Assembly: GCA_032718475.1 (NCBI GenBank)
Contig: JAUCBJ010000047.1
Coordinates: 1 to 43,412 of the forward strand
Source of the DNA: Nemertoderma westbladi
Taxonomy: Eukaryota > Animalia > Xenacoelomorpha
DNA: 43,412 bases
Direction: 5' to 3'
Shown: positions 10,733 to 22,876 of the stretch, piece after piece
Layout of the letters: each line of letters starts with the position of its first letter
Numbering within the stretch: the stretch's first letter is position 1
Translations under genes and position numbers: made by a program
Notes under the pieces: model-generated
Told to the model about the DNA's origin: nothing
The model's input: only the letters and a program-made list of their open reading frames with translations
The model's database searches: none

Positions 10733-12300
10733 CGAGTAAGGGTTGGAAGAGTCCTGGTATCAGTGTCCAAGTAGTGTGGAGTGAGGGTGGGAAGAGTCAA
10801 GGTATCAGTGTCCAAGTAGTGTGGAGTGAGGATGGGATGAGTGCAGGTATCAGTGTACAAGTAGTCTGGAGTGAGGGTGGGATGAGTGCAGGTATCAGTG
10901 TCCAAGTAGTGTGGAGTGAGGGTGGGATGAGTGCAGGTATCAGTGTCCAAGTAGTCTGGAGTGAGGGTGGGATGAGTGCAGGTATCAGTGTCCAAGTAGT
11001 GTGGAGTGAGGATGGGATGAGTGCAGGTATCAGTGTCCAAGTAGTGTGGAGTGTGGGTGGGAAGAGTCAAGGTATCAGTGTCCAAGTAGTGTGGAGTGAG
11101 GGTGGGATGAGTGCAGGCATCAGTGTCCAAGTAGTGTGGAGTGAGGATGGGATGAGTGCAGGTATCAGTGTCCAAGTAGTGTGGAGTGTGGGTGGGAAGA
11201 GTCAAGGTATCAGTGTCCAAGTAGTGTGGAGTGAGGGTGGGATGAGTGCAGGTATCAGTGTCCAAGTAGTGTGGAGTGAGGATGGGATGAGTGCAGGTAT
11301 CAGTGTACAAGTAGTCTGGAGTGAGGGTGGGATGAGTGCAGGTATCAGTGTCCAAGTAGTGTGGAGTGAGGGTGGGATGAGTGCAGGTATCAGTGTCCAA
11401 GTAGTCTGGAGTGAGGGTGGGATGAGTGCAGGTATCAGTGTCCAAGTAGTGTGGAGTGAGGATGGGATGAGTGCAGGTATCAGTGTCCAAGTAGTATGGA
11501 GTGAAGGTGGGAAGAGTCCAGGTATCAGTGTCCAAATATTGTGGAGTGATGGTGGGAAGAGTCCAGGTATCAGTGTCCAAGTAGTGTGGAGTGAGGGCGG
11601 GAAGAGTCCAGGTATCAGTGTCCAAGAAGTGTGGAGTGAGGGTGGGAATAGTCCAGGTATCAGTGTCCGAGTAGTGTGGAGTGAGGTTGGGAAGAGTCCA
11701 GGTATCAGTGTCCAAGTAGTGTGGAGTGTGGGTGGGAAGAGTCCAGGTATAAGTGTCCAAGAAGTGTGGAGTGAGGGTGGGAAGAGTCCAGGTATCAGTG
11801 TCCAAGTAGTGTGGAGTGAGGGTGGGAAGAGTCCAGGTATCAGTGTCCAAGAAGTGTGGAGTGAGGGTGGGAAGAGTCCAGGTATCAGTGTCCAAGTAGT
11901 GTGGAGTGAGGTTGGGAAGAGTCCAGGTATCAGTTAGTCCATGTAGTGTGGAGTGAGGATGGGAAGAGTCCAGGTATCAGTTAGTCCATGTAGTGTGGGG
12001 TGAGGATGGGAAGAGTCCAGGTATCAGTTAGTCCATGTAGTGTGGAGTGAGGATGGGAAGAGTCCAGGTATCAGTGTCCATGTAGTTTGGACTGAGGATG
12101 GGAAGAGTCCAGGTATCAGTTAGTCCATGTAGTGTGGGGTGAGGATGGGAAGAGTCCAGGTATTAGTGTCCATGTAGTGTGGACTGAGGATGGGAAGAGT
12201 CAAGGTATCAGTGTTCCAGTAGTGTGGAGGGATGGTGGGAAGAGTCCAGGAATCAGTGTCCAAGTAGTGTGGGGTGAGGGTGGGATAAGAGTTGAGGTAT
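10733..12300. repeat. 45-bp minisatellite, about 34 copies (some 48-bp variants at the right end)
   Basis: Unit ggtatcagtgtccaagtagtgtggagtgagggtgggatgagtgca; variant units cluster by position within the array. Confidence 0.97.
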
Positions 12301-13485
12301 CACTATCTTAGCCCTAGCCATATTAACAGTCCCTCTCTTGAGTTTGAAATTGTTTTCTCTCGCATGGAGGACTTTTAAAAACTGGCTTAGTGTTCCTCGT
12401 GAACGATGAATCTTATTTGACAATAGGATTTCCACGAGCCATGTAGTACTAGCTATTGTACTTATAGTACTAGGTATAGTGCTGGCTAGTATGAGGCACC
12501 GCACCTGCCTTACTTTAACCCTGCTAAGTGACTTTCTTATGGCAATCCCAACTCTACAATGCTATGCATGGGAATTTACCGCTTGTCCATTTCAAGGAGT
12601 TGTGATTTCCCCTGAGGAAGAGTTTCTCAGTCCTGGAAAAATTGGTGACTCATCCTTTTCCGTGGCGGTATCCTTTGATGTAGGACCGGCTGTATCATTA
12701 GTGTTAGGGCGGTTGCCTGCCTGTCACAACTTATGAGCACTCGCGTAAAATCCGCAATGCCAATGGGCTGGCAATTTCGTTTTTGGGTAGCAGAGTGTCC
12801 CCACCTACACTATACACCGACGTCAGCTTAAAAAAGGTTGAATAATTTAATCAGATCCGGTGTGAAAAACATCACGGCACCACCCCTGAAACCTTGCTCA
12901 AGGTATTCTTTTCGGTTATCTCGCAGACTATTGGAAATTGTATTACTGTAATAAATCATCTGATTAATTAGCCATACCGGGCAGTTACGAGTGTCGATTC
13001 CAGGGGCACTGAAAGATTAACATCAAAATTATTTATGTAGTTTTTCATCAGTTATTATTTTCGTTTTGTTACAAATTTTGGAAAAACTATAAATAAACTC
13101 GATGCAAAGTTGACTTTACAATGTTATATTATTTATATTGCTCTACCATAACGAACCATTTGAAACTCTGTAACGCGCTCCTTTTCACACAAGTATATAA
13201 ATTTGGTACAATGAAATAATTGTTGTTGTTACTAAAAGCAGTGGTTTATTTTCTTTATATACTCGGTATACTTTACATTTTAGATAAAAATTAATATATA
13301 TATATATATACACATTATTAGAAAGTAGTACACTGTAGATAATTGTATTATTACTAGTAGTAGCTTTTAATCTACAATAAATTAATTCAGTACTATATTA
13401 ATTATTATCATATGTTCAAGGAATTGTAGAATACTGAAATATATCAACATTCTAAAAGTCTATGCCTGTTGCCAATAATCGGATA

Positions 13486-13647
13486 GTGTCGCAAATGGAC
13501 CGCAAGTGAAATAATGTTTCGTTTATTGTTTTGGTTAGGAAACATCGCCACTGTAAGCTGTTCCTTTCCTTAAATGTTTTAAATTAAATATATTTTTTAA
13601 ATGCACTAAACATATAAGTGCTGTGCTTGCGGTCATTTTGTGCCATT
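13486..13647. mobile_element. Short MITE-like dispersed repeat (copy 1)
   Basis: Imperfect terminal inverted repeats gtcgcaaatggaccgcaag / cttgcggtcattttgtgcc; a related copy is at 26923-27079. Confidence 0.65.
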
Positions 13648-14822
13648 AAAACTCCCAATAATAAATCTCTAACATACAACAATATAGACGAGTAATTTGT
13701 TTGATTAAATATAATAATATATAATGTATTTTATTATATTGTCTATATCAGAAGACATAAATAGATAACAATTAATGGTTATTTTAGCAATAATAGTAAT
13801 CAGCACAATAATACTAGGTAATGAGGTACAAATTAACGATATTTGGGGACATTGTATTCAATGATGTATTTCAGCCATTGAGAATTAAATTCAAATTCAC
13901 GAGATAAGTTCCACCGGCTGAACTGAAGAAATATTTCAAAAACTTGCCAAAAATTCCATTTCCCAAACATTTTTCGCTTTCTTTTGAATTTTCACTCACA
14001 CGTCCCATACACCGCCTACATTGAAGGTAGGCGTACTTTGGAAGTGAGAAGTTTTTATTTTTATTTATAGAAATTATTAAGAATTCTGGAACAATAATTA
14101 CGTATTCGCTAGGACATTTTTACTTACACTTACAACAGAGAGTGAGTGTGTCACGCCATGCAACTTAGCCAATTAAAATTCATAAAGAGACTCGCTTTTT
14201 ATAATTTCATATTTTGACATGGAACCATCCACCCACGCAACTGCGTACACAGTTAGCACGTTGCAGTGTTAGTTGCTGGACGCATTAGCGTCATTAATCC
14301 AGCGCCCACGCACTCATTGCACTCAGGCGCACGCTGAGACAAAAGCTGGGTGCTAATCCTACGCCCACGCACCCACATACACGATACAGGCTCTAGGATA
14401 TTGTAATCAAAGATTCGGCTGAAAGGCATCTAATTAAAGGTAATGGGATGCTTTATAGCTTAAAGAGACAGCTTAAAAGCGGCAAAGATAAATTCTTGAA
14501 AAAAAATTGAATACCTTTGATGAGGAGAGGTATTATTATAAACATTGAATACAAAGTGTTGACTCTCAACAAATATCAAATAATTATTTGAGGACGTTAA
14601 ATATGTAAGTATACATCATTATTGACAAGTCTAATCATATTAAATTTTCTCAACTAAATTAAATTGTATCTTTCAATTATTACATAACTAATTTGCAACC
14701 AATGAACAGACTGCAGTCTGGTGCACATTGCATATTGAAATTATGGAATTAATAGATAGAGCACGTTTTGGAAAAAATTATCTTTATTTCATAGTAACTA
14801 ACTATATCCTTGTGGGGCGAGC

Positions 14823-15155
14823 CACGAAGTGAGCGAAGCCTTAGCATATGGGTGCCATTGGCGAGTTGTCTGTCGTCGTCGTCGTCGTCGTCGTCGTCTG
14901 TCGTCGTCGTCTGTCGTCGTCGTCTGTCGTCGTAAATTTTTGAACGCTAATAACTCGGTTATTCCTTGATGAAATTAATCGAAACTTGGTATGTATGTAG
15001 TCCGTCAAAAGTTTAGAAAGAATCTGAAGTTTCGTCAAAAACGAACTAACGCAACGAGGCACAAGATGAGGACGAGTATTGTGTTGAAGACTTCTGACTA
15101 ACACCAGACAACTCGTTAATGGTACCCATATGCTAAAGGCTTTGCTCACTTCGTG
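14823..15155. mobile_element. Non-autonomous element with about 37-bp inverted repeats and an internal (GTC)n microsatellite (MITE or Helentron/DINE-like)
   Basis: cacgaagtgagcgaagccttagcatatgggtgccatt (14823-14859) is the near-perfect reverse complement of 15118-15155. A (GTC)n tract lies at about 14870-14932. Confidence 0.8.
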
Positions 15156-16790
15156 CTGCGCGAAGACACCACGAACGTGTTTTAACTGTGAGAGAGGAAT
15201 GTGGAGGGAATACCGTACCGCGAAATCCACACATTAATACATTTGTAAATGTAAGCAGATGTTTCTGTCAAGCTTTTGTTAGATCTTCAGTTTTAATTCC
15301 GAACATATTTTATAAAGTAACATTGTGTGATCCGTCCAAAAAAAACCGTACAATTTTCAATAAAATTTTCAATATTAGTATAATATAATTTTCAATAAAA
15401 ATTAATGAATGACCTGCATTTCTTCAATTGAAATGTGCGGACACGATTATGTCTCACCATCACACAAAACGTGGCTTTTTGTTACATACAGTTTATTAAT
15501 TATCACAACATCATAATTATTATCTACACAGTAACGATATAAAATTTGCTGTACAAATAAATTTACCCGCGATATATAATTATTCTAAAACTATCAAATA
15601 TAAATGTACAAAATAATAATTAAAAACTGCACATCTCAATTATTGTTGGCATCACAAACTTGACGTTCTTCTATTACTTACTACATGGCTGATCCGTGGT
15701 CAATTAATTTCATGTATAATTATTGTTTTGGTGACCCGGTGACTCGGTGACAAATGAAATTAACTGAAAGTAATTGGCCCGGTCAGCCTCAGTACCGGAA
15801 TACATACTTATACGTTTATTGATTAGCTCCCAAATAGTTAGTAACAAGTTTGCGTTTACTCATCAGAGTTAATAGATTATATACTACATTGGTCATTTAC
15901 CTAAGCTAATACATACAGTAGAAATACGGGGTTTATAATATACGTTTAGATTCTTAAAAATAAAAATTAATTATTAATAGTTAGATACGCGTTAGGCTGA
16001 CAATGTGACACTTGTATTATTGCAGCAATTCAATTATTAACAAATAAATATAGCGATTTGATTACTAAATACCATTTTAACGATCAATTAACATCAGTCA
16101 AACCAAAACGATATCCATAATTACCAATTAATTTCCAACAAAAGTTAATCATCAATCTTGTCCTGTCCGTGTGGTACAAAAAGTGCAGTTTTCTTGTGGT
16201 GACGGACATAATAAATATTGGATGTAGTTCGTGTTACTCAAAGTGACAATAATAATTATTATTAATTGTTATACAGCGATTCCTTGTTATATAGACTTAC
16301 TAACAGCCCGTTCAAAATTTAATTTAATTTTTTAAATGTACATAAAGCTTATTATCAGTAGTTTGTAAACCATTTAGTAATCGTTCGAGTTATTTAATTG
16401 GAAGCCAAATAACAGTATTCTAAGTAGGCCTACAGATATGATAATTTGCTTTAGAAGAATATAAGTTTTTAAATTTAAAAAGTGCTTAAAAAAATAATTT
16501 CAATTAATCCCATATTTATTTTTTTGTAAATTCGGCCAACAAACGGACTGCATTGTGTAAGACTCCGGAATTGCTGTAAAAGTTCATTTTTGTCGTTGTA
16601 TAAATAAACATCAGTTATCTTTACTGCCTATTAAGTTGTTTCAAAATATATTAACGCAGTTTTCAGATGAATCACATTTTGTTAGACACCCGAGGTGTGT
16701 GGAGCTGACGGCTATCTTTTTCACTGCCGTTTATCCTCGTAACCATGGTTATAGGTATTTCATTGTTAGAGGTCACCAATAGAAAGTTAT

Positions 16791-16991
16791 TCAATTATTT
16801 TGTGGACTGCTGCTGGTTGCCAGGTAGCATTGGCGTAAATCTTTGGACGGTTTCCAGCGACACTTCCCGTGCGTCCGACTGGCTTTGCAGACCGAGTGTT
16901 GGCTTTGGCATTCCCCTCTCACCGTATCTTTGATTACACATCGCTTGGTATGGCCTCTTCTGTGGCACTTTGAATCTTCGCAGTTAACAAC
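16791..16991 (-). CDS. TIMP: TIMP coding exon 5 (last; C-terminal domain and stop)
   Basis: Acceptor tgtttcag|GTT; encodes VVNCEDSKC...KRC...GECQSQHSVC...GKCRW...RQC...*, matching the TIMP C-domain cysteine pattern. Confidence 0.92.
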   Translation of the reverse strand, partial: VVNCEDSKCHRRGHTKRCVIKDTVRGECQSQHSVCKASRTHGKCRWKPSKDLRQCYLATSSSPQNN

Positions 16992-17026
16992 CTGAAACAA
17001 TTTATAACATTCTGACTTTCATTCGG

Positions 17027-17252
17027 GTGAGTACAAAACAAAGATCAAAGACCCAAAGATCCAAAGACCTGTACAAAACACATGTGTTAACTTTCGTTTA
17101 TTGTTTTGTCTCCCCAACACACCTCTGTAACCTGCTCCTTTACTAACCTGCTCCTTTAAATGACAATGTGACCTAACGCTCTTTGGGACCTAACGCGACT
17201 TTACCTCTTTGTTTTGTACAGGACTGGTGTTGAGTCTTTGAGTTGTACTCAC
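17027..17252. mobile_element. MITE-like element in TIMP intron 4
   Basis: Inverted ends gtgagtacaa / ttgtactcac and an inner inverted pair cctgtacaaaaca / tgttttgtacagg. Confidence 0.6.
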
Positions 17253-17426
17253 TTCTGTCATTCTGTCAATTTATTGCGGGTGAGTTTTAAAGAGTAAGTA
17301 GCTTCAGTCTAATTAGTAATTTAATTGCTTATTTAAAAAATATAATTCCATTGTACTAAGCATTTTTTATTTTTTTTTCATATTTGCTCTAAAACAGTCC
17401 TAATATTTCTTTGTATTCCTACATAC

Positions 17427-17551
17427 CTGGCATTCACAGCTCGACTTGTATTTGCTTCTAAATCCTCGCCTTTGTGTTGCGGAAAGTTTCTTCCATTCTT
17501 TGTACCAATTGCAACTGGAAATATCCATCCCGCCGTTCGGGGTTTGTTCAC
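17427..17551 (-). CDS. TIMP: TIMP coding exon 4
   Basis: ttttag|GT...CAG|gtatgt; encodes (G)EQTPNGGMDISSCNWYKEWKKLSATQRRGFRSKYKSSCECQ, matching the TIMP C.W...W..LS..QR.G....Y...C.C pattern; phases fit the neighbours. Confidence 0.93.
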
Positions 17552-17723
17552 CTAAAAGTTCGTAAAATTTACTAATATAAGTAATAATTCTCGATTAATT
17601 TAGTTATAAGTTGTCTATAATAGTTATATTTAGTATTACTATATACCGAGCTATTGTTAAATAATTTATTAACACTTTTGTTACTCCAATCTTTATGTAG
17701 GCCTGTTTGTAGTTTGTGCTAAC

Positions 17724-17850
17724 CTGTCAGTATATATGTGTGGTTTTTCTTCAGATCTACTGCACATGATGTATTTTCTTCACTGGACGCAAATAGTTTG
17801 AAATGTTTTCGTTTTTGTTTGCTGACTCTTCCTTTGTACACAGTTTTAAC
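17724..17850 (-). CDS. TIMP: TIMP coding exon 3
   Basis: tttaacag|GTT...ACA G|gttagc; encodes VKTVYKG...SSEENTSCAVDLKKNHTYILTG (K.YKG, C.V.L and Y..TG motifs). Confidence 0.93.
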
Positions 17851-17902
17851 CTGTTAAATAAATAAGTTTCAGATATTTTCATTGTCAATTCGCATATAAT
17901 TG

Positions 17903-18099
17903 GCCCATGTGAAGAATAACAGAAGGGCTGAATCTAACCAAAACAATAAACGAATTAGTATATGTACAGGTTATAAGACAGAAATAAGCGCTATAAAACA
18001 CTTAATAACGATAAATTGAAAAAAATAAAAAATCTTCATATATAAAATTCCAATAAAAAGTCGACCGAAAAGTGAAATCCTGGTATTCTTCACATGGGC
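17903..18099. mobile_element. MITE-like element in TIMP intron 2
   Basis: Perfect 16-bp inverted repeats gcccatgtgaagaata / tattcttcacatgggc. The internal aatctaaccaaaacaataa motif recurs at about 41322. Confidence 0.7.
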
Positions 18100-18176
18100 G
18101 ATAATTGATAAATTTATTCAATTATTAAATAAAGATAAAGAATTATTAACTCCGATTGTTTAAACTATAAACTCAC

Positions 18177-18319
18177 TCTGACAACGTAGGTATCGAGTGT
18201 CAACTTGTCATCACGTTCTCGGAACTTCGTCAGTCCCCCTGATTTGTTATCATAAAATGTGTTGTCGTAAAATCTTCCGTAGAAACCCGATAACGAGTTA
18301 ATAATTTTCGCCTTCACCA
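18177..18319 (-). CDS. TIMP: TIMP coding exon 2
   Basis: ttttctag|TG...AGA|gtgagt; encodes VVKAKII...DTYVVR (equivalent of VIRAK); phase 1 in and phase 0 out fit the neighbouring exons. Confidence 0.9.
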
Positions 18320-19563
18320 CTAGAAAAAAAAACAAAATAATAAGTAAATATGTTTGTATGTTTTTAATCACAAAAAATTTAATCACAATCTTAGATGAAA
18401 ATCACAGTACAATCGTATCGAGGTTAAAGTTTTTTTAAACGTCACATGTAACGATGGATACCGGTAATGAAATGTATTTCCTATTATATTCCTATGAATA
18501 TGGTGGAATTGAAATTTGTCGATATATATTCGTATGATGTAATTCGTCGATGTATATATATATATATATTACGTCTTATCATCAACGAGCAACAATATTA
18601 ATAACAACAACATCGACCTTCAACTGCATCTCTCAAAACAACTGATGCATGGAATTTTAATTCACTACGTTTATGCCACGAAATAAATTAAAACTTTTCC
18701 ACACAGAATTTCACTAACTCCATGACAAATTTCCATCGGCTCTTTGCCTGCTTAATTCAGCAGACAGCGGTAAGGAGTTCCAACATGGATGAGTCATCAG
18801 ACTGGGTCTCTTGGGAGCATCCCGTGAGGGGGAATTCAATTGGGGAGTTGTTGCTTATTAATCATTCGTGGGACACTGCAGGTGCCCGTGTGTGCCTACC
18901 GCGGGATTAGTTAGTCTGAGTACGTGGTAGTACGAGCGCTTGCTAGTTTACGATAACGCAAATCTTTGCTTCTCATGTTCAACTAAAATCAGTGTATTTT
19001 TAAAGGGTTTTGTATTTCCATGAAGCCACTTTGTGAAATCAATCAATAGTGAACGGAATAGATAACGCGGGATCTCTATGGGCCGCGGCAACATCAAGGA
19101 CTCACGGCCACCTTGAGATTCCCAGGGATGTAAGATTCGCGGCTTACTCCACTCCACCTGCAACCTGCACTTCCAGAGATCGCTATATAGTAACTAAAAG
19201 ACAAGCTGTTCCCAACCGCAATTGCGGTTTTTCGCGTTAATTAAATCCTAAACGCGACATCCCAACGTTCAAACTATCATTGATTCGTGGAAGCGACAAT
19301 CAATACCTTTGTTGTGGTTGACTTGTCTTGTCTTGTCTCACTTGTCTTGTATTTCTGATGTTCGGGTTGGGTTGACGTCGATAACTGAATAAGAAGTCCA
19401 GGGTACGGAAACTACACACACCCCTGGGCGATTTAGGAAAAACCATGAATGAGTTTGTATTTGTGTAGTTTTATTTATGTTTTAACCTTATAATATTGAC
19501 AGTTCTCTATGGAACTGTTAATGTAATGTAACGATGCTTTTCGTGGCTTAAGCATACTCATAC

Positions 19564-19880
19564 GATAAAGATTTATGACCAGTAAGGGTCTTGAGCCTCT
19601 GCTATTATTAGTTTACCATAACGCTGCTATATTAAACACAATATATAAATAAAATTTAATTAAAAATAATTCAAAGAATAAAAAGATATATACAAATGTA
19701 TTTGTATATATATTTGTTTGTTTGGCTTTGAATTGTTTTTAATTAAATTTTAATTATATATTGTTTAATAATATATAACCACTGAAGATGGGCGGGAAGT
19801 GTGAAATAGCTATATATGGTAAACTAATAGTATTTTATATTAGCCGTGGCTCAAGACCTTTCTCGCCATAAATATTTATC
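19564..19880. mobile_element. About 320-bp foldback (long imperfect inverted repeat) element in TIMP intron 1
   Basis: gataaagatttatgaccagtaagggtcttgagcctctgcta pairs with the reverse complement of the right end. Inner arms (aaaatttaattaaaaataattcaaag / ctttgaattgtttttaattaaaatttt) also pair, centred near 19698. Confidence 0.8.
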
Positions 19881-21844
19881 TATGGGACTGTAAAATTGTA
19901 TCTCCACCCCACCCAGATAAAGTCTGGCGTGCGCAATAAAATTAGTTGCTATGGTGCAGCTAGTGTCCGACCTTCAAGTGTATGAAGTACATTAGTAGGT
20001 ATCTTCGCATTAAGTTATAAAAATGTACTGGTCTAACTATAAAAATACTAAATAAAAATAATGACTATAATTTATGACGACAATAAATGCAATTGAACAA
20101 TACCAACCATAGACCACGTCAGTAACATATAAATATAAGTACCGGACCGGTAGTATTATTAACTTGAAGCGGGAAAAAAAGTGCGAAGTTATTACATTGT
20201 CATGAAATATTATGTCATAAACTACGATCATGATCATTACTGTCCGAAAACATCACAACAGGGCTCATCGGCGATTATTATGAAAATATATAATATAATA
20301 AATAAATAATAAAATAATAATAATAAATTAATTAAGTAGAAAATAATGAATTAGTACCCCAAAAGAGGTCAAATCTTTTAGTCTTTCCTTTTATATTTTT
20401 TCACCTTCAATATTAAGGGTAAGGAGCATTTTGCTGCTTTTTTATTGTTACAATAAATTAATATACTACAAGTTCAATATAATATACGAAACAATAGTAA
20501 ACTAATTTCCGTTTTCCTTTGTGTCCACTGTCAGACCTTCTGTCCCCTCAGACGTATTATTACAACGGCATTGTTTCATTATGATATGGAATGATCTCTC
20601 GGCTTGGAGGTATTCATAGATTGTTTCTGGTATGATAAGAATTTCTTTGTTTCCTAAATAACTAACGGTTTATTACGTAACATACCGCAACTTTGCGGTA
20701 ATTAGTACATGATATTGTGTAAGAGCATATAAAAGGAATGCTAAGGCATGGACATTGAACAATTGGTATACTCAGGTAAAATTAGCATTATTTGGCTCAG
20801 GTTTGTTATGAGGTTACTCGTGGGAAAGCATTTAGAGAAATTACTGTGATATTATCCAGGGTCTCACAAATATTAGGCCTACTATTTCCTATGCCATCAT
20901 TTACTGAAGACTTGTCACGATTATAATGTGTCAGCATTGCCGTGGATTGATTACTTCCCTCGGCTTATGACTTTTATTTCCGGCCAGACCGCGCCCTGCC
21001 CAACCCCGTCTCTATTATTATAGTATTGAGTTTATTTGTTTATTGCCTTACAGTTTCTATGAAATAATTTAAAAATAGCGTGTGATGTTCTATCTGTGCC
21101 AGAGAGAAGGTAGGCGCTTCTTGTAACGGAGATGATATAATAATGAATAAAAAAATAATGAATAATAATTAATATGTTATTATGTTCTAATTGCCAAAAG
21201 CATACATAATGAATATTGTTTAATCAGATTCTCCTGTTGATTTTTCCCTGTTGTGTAAATCCTAACATAAATAGTTCTGATAAACTTTCACTTTCTCGAT
21301 CACCTTATCTTGAGTAGAGTACCGGTACCATTGAAGCTGATAAACTTTCATTTTCCCAATCACGTTGTCTTTAGTACCGGTACCGATACCATTCAGCACT
21401 TTTCTTCAGATATAAACTTCTGAGGTACGGTAGTAGTGCGCCGTGAACCGGTAGTGTCGGAAGAGTAGGTTGGCCTATTAAATTTAACATTTACTGTAGG
21501 CCTACCGGTATTGTGTCCCATTTTGAGAGTGTAATTGATTACATAGGCAGATAGGTCCTACCGAATCAGGGAATGCATAGAATAATTCAAAATATACCGG
21601 TAGGCTCTAGGCCTACCTCTGTCCGGTATGCGTGCAGATGGGTGGGAAAGATAAGTCGTATTCTCGTATAAGCATACAAAATTGGGAATATTGTGTAGTA
21701 GAGATAGGCTACGGTATCTATCATCAACGGCTATTATTGTCGGTAGCATTAATACGAATATCATAGCGATTTCTTTAGTTTGGTATCATTAGGTATTAGT
21801 CCGTTGCATTCCTTACCAGCAAAAACATTCACTAAGACTGCACT

Positions 21845-22876
21845 ATGGCCTCAAAGCACGTGGACCAGGTTGTGGCAGATAATTTTGCAGATGACAGTGA
21901 CGAAGAATCTTTCTTCCAAGACATCGATCTGCTGCAACAGCACGGAATCAACGTACAAGACATTAAAAAGCTCAAACAATCCGGAATCTGCACCATTCGT
22001 GGCATACACATGACCACTCGGAAAAAACTGTGCCTCATTAAAGGCATATCCGAAGCAAAAATGGAAAAAATTAAGGAAGCCGCATCTAAACTGTCAAATA
22101 GCGGCTTCTGCACCGCACTGGAATACAACGTAAAACGTCAACAAGTCTTCCACATCTCCACAGGGAGCGGTGAGTTAGACAAACTCCTGGGAGGAGGGAT
22201 TGAGAGCCAAGCTATTACTGAGGTCTTTGGGGAGTTTCGAACCGGTAAGACGCAGCTGTCGCACACGTTGTGCGTGACGTCACAGCTCCCGGGTGCCGGT
22301 GACTACTCTGGGGGGAAGGTTGTGTTTATAGACACGGAGAACACCTTCCGACCGGATAGGCTGGTGGATATTGCGAACCGATTTAATCTTGACGCTGACG
22401 CCATGCTTGAGAACGTGCTGTACTCCCGGGCCTACACGAGCGAGCACCAATTCGAGTTGCTGGACTGCGTAGCCACTAAACTACACGAGGAGCCCGGGAT
22501 ATTTAAATTGGTGATCGTTGATTCCGTGATGGCTTTGTTTCGTGTTGATTTCTCAGGTCGGGGGGAGCTGGCGGATAGGCAGCAGAAGTTGGCGCAGTTG
22601 CTGAGTAGGTTGCAGAAGATCTCTGAAGAGTACAACGTCGCGGTTTTTATAACCAATCAGATGACAGCAGACCCGGGTGCTGCCCTCAGCTTCCAGGCCG
22701 ATCCAAAGAAGCCGATTGGTGGTCACATCTTGGCGCACGCGTCAACCGTTCGCGTTATGTTGCGTAAGGGCCGTGGGGAGGTGAGGATAGCTAAGATATA
22801 CGACAGTCCCAATCTCGCTGAGACTGAGGCCACCTTCGCTATAATGGCGGGGGGAGTGTCGGATGCGAAGGAGTAG
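21845..22876 (+). CDS. DMC1: Meiotic recombinase DMC1, full length 343 aa, no coding introns
   Basis: N-terminal [25 protein letters not shown], Walker A GEFRTGKT, Walker B LVIVDS, DMC1-type [19 protein letters not shown] and [18 protein letters not shown] (RAD51 has ELSARQMHL and GGNIIAHAS). Confidence 0.98.
   Translation: MASKHVDQVVADNFADDSDEESFFQDIDLLQQHGINVQDIKKLKQSGICTIRGIHMTTRKKLCLIKGISEAKMEKIKEAASKLSNSGFCTALEYNVKRQQVFHISTGSGELDKLLGGGIESQAITEVFGEFRTGKTQLSHTLCVTSQLPGAGDYSGGKVVFIDTENTFRPDRLVDIANRFNLDADAMLENVLYSRAYTSEHQFELLDCVATKLHEEPGIFKLVIVDSVMALFRVDFSGRGELADRQQKLAQLLSRLQKISEEYNVAVFITNQMTADPGAALSFQADPKKPIGGHILAHASTVRVMLRKGRGEVRIAKIYDSPNLAETEATFAIMAGGVSDAKE

Noticed and set aside
10711-11937. 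394-aa and 387-aa ORFs on opposite strands; also considered as a CRISPR array
   Set aside because: A 45-bp stop-free unit gives open frames automatically. There are no unique spacers or cas genes, and the context is eukaryotic.
16791-16991. Extra cysteine pair in the TIMP C-domain (14 Cys in the mature protein)
   Set aside because: Additional C-terminal cysteines are known in invertebrate TIMPs.
21845-22876. RAD51 or archaeal RadA identity, or horizontal transfer
   Set aside because: Diagnostic residues are DMC1-type and the protein is typically metazoan.
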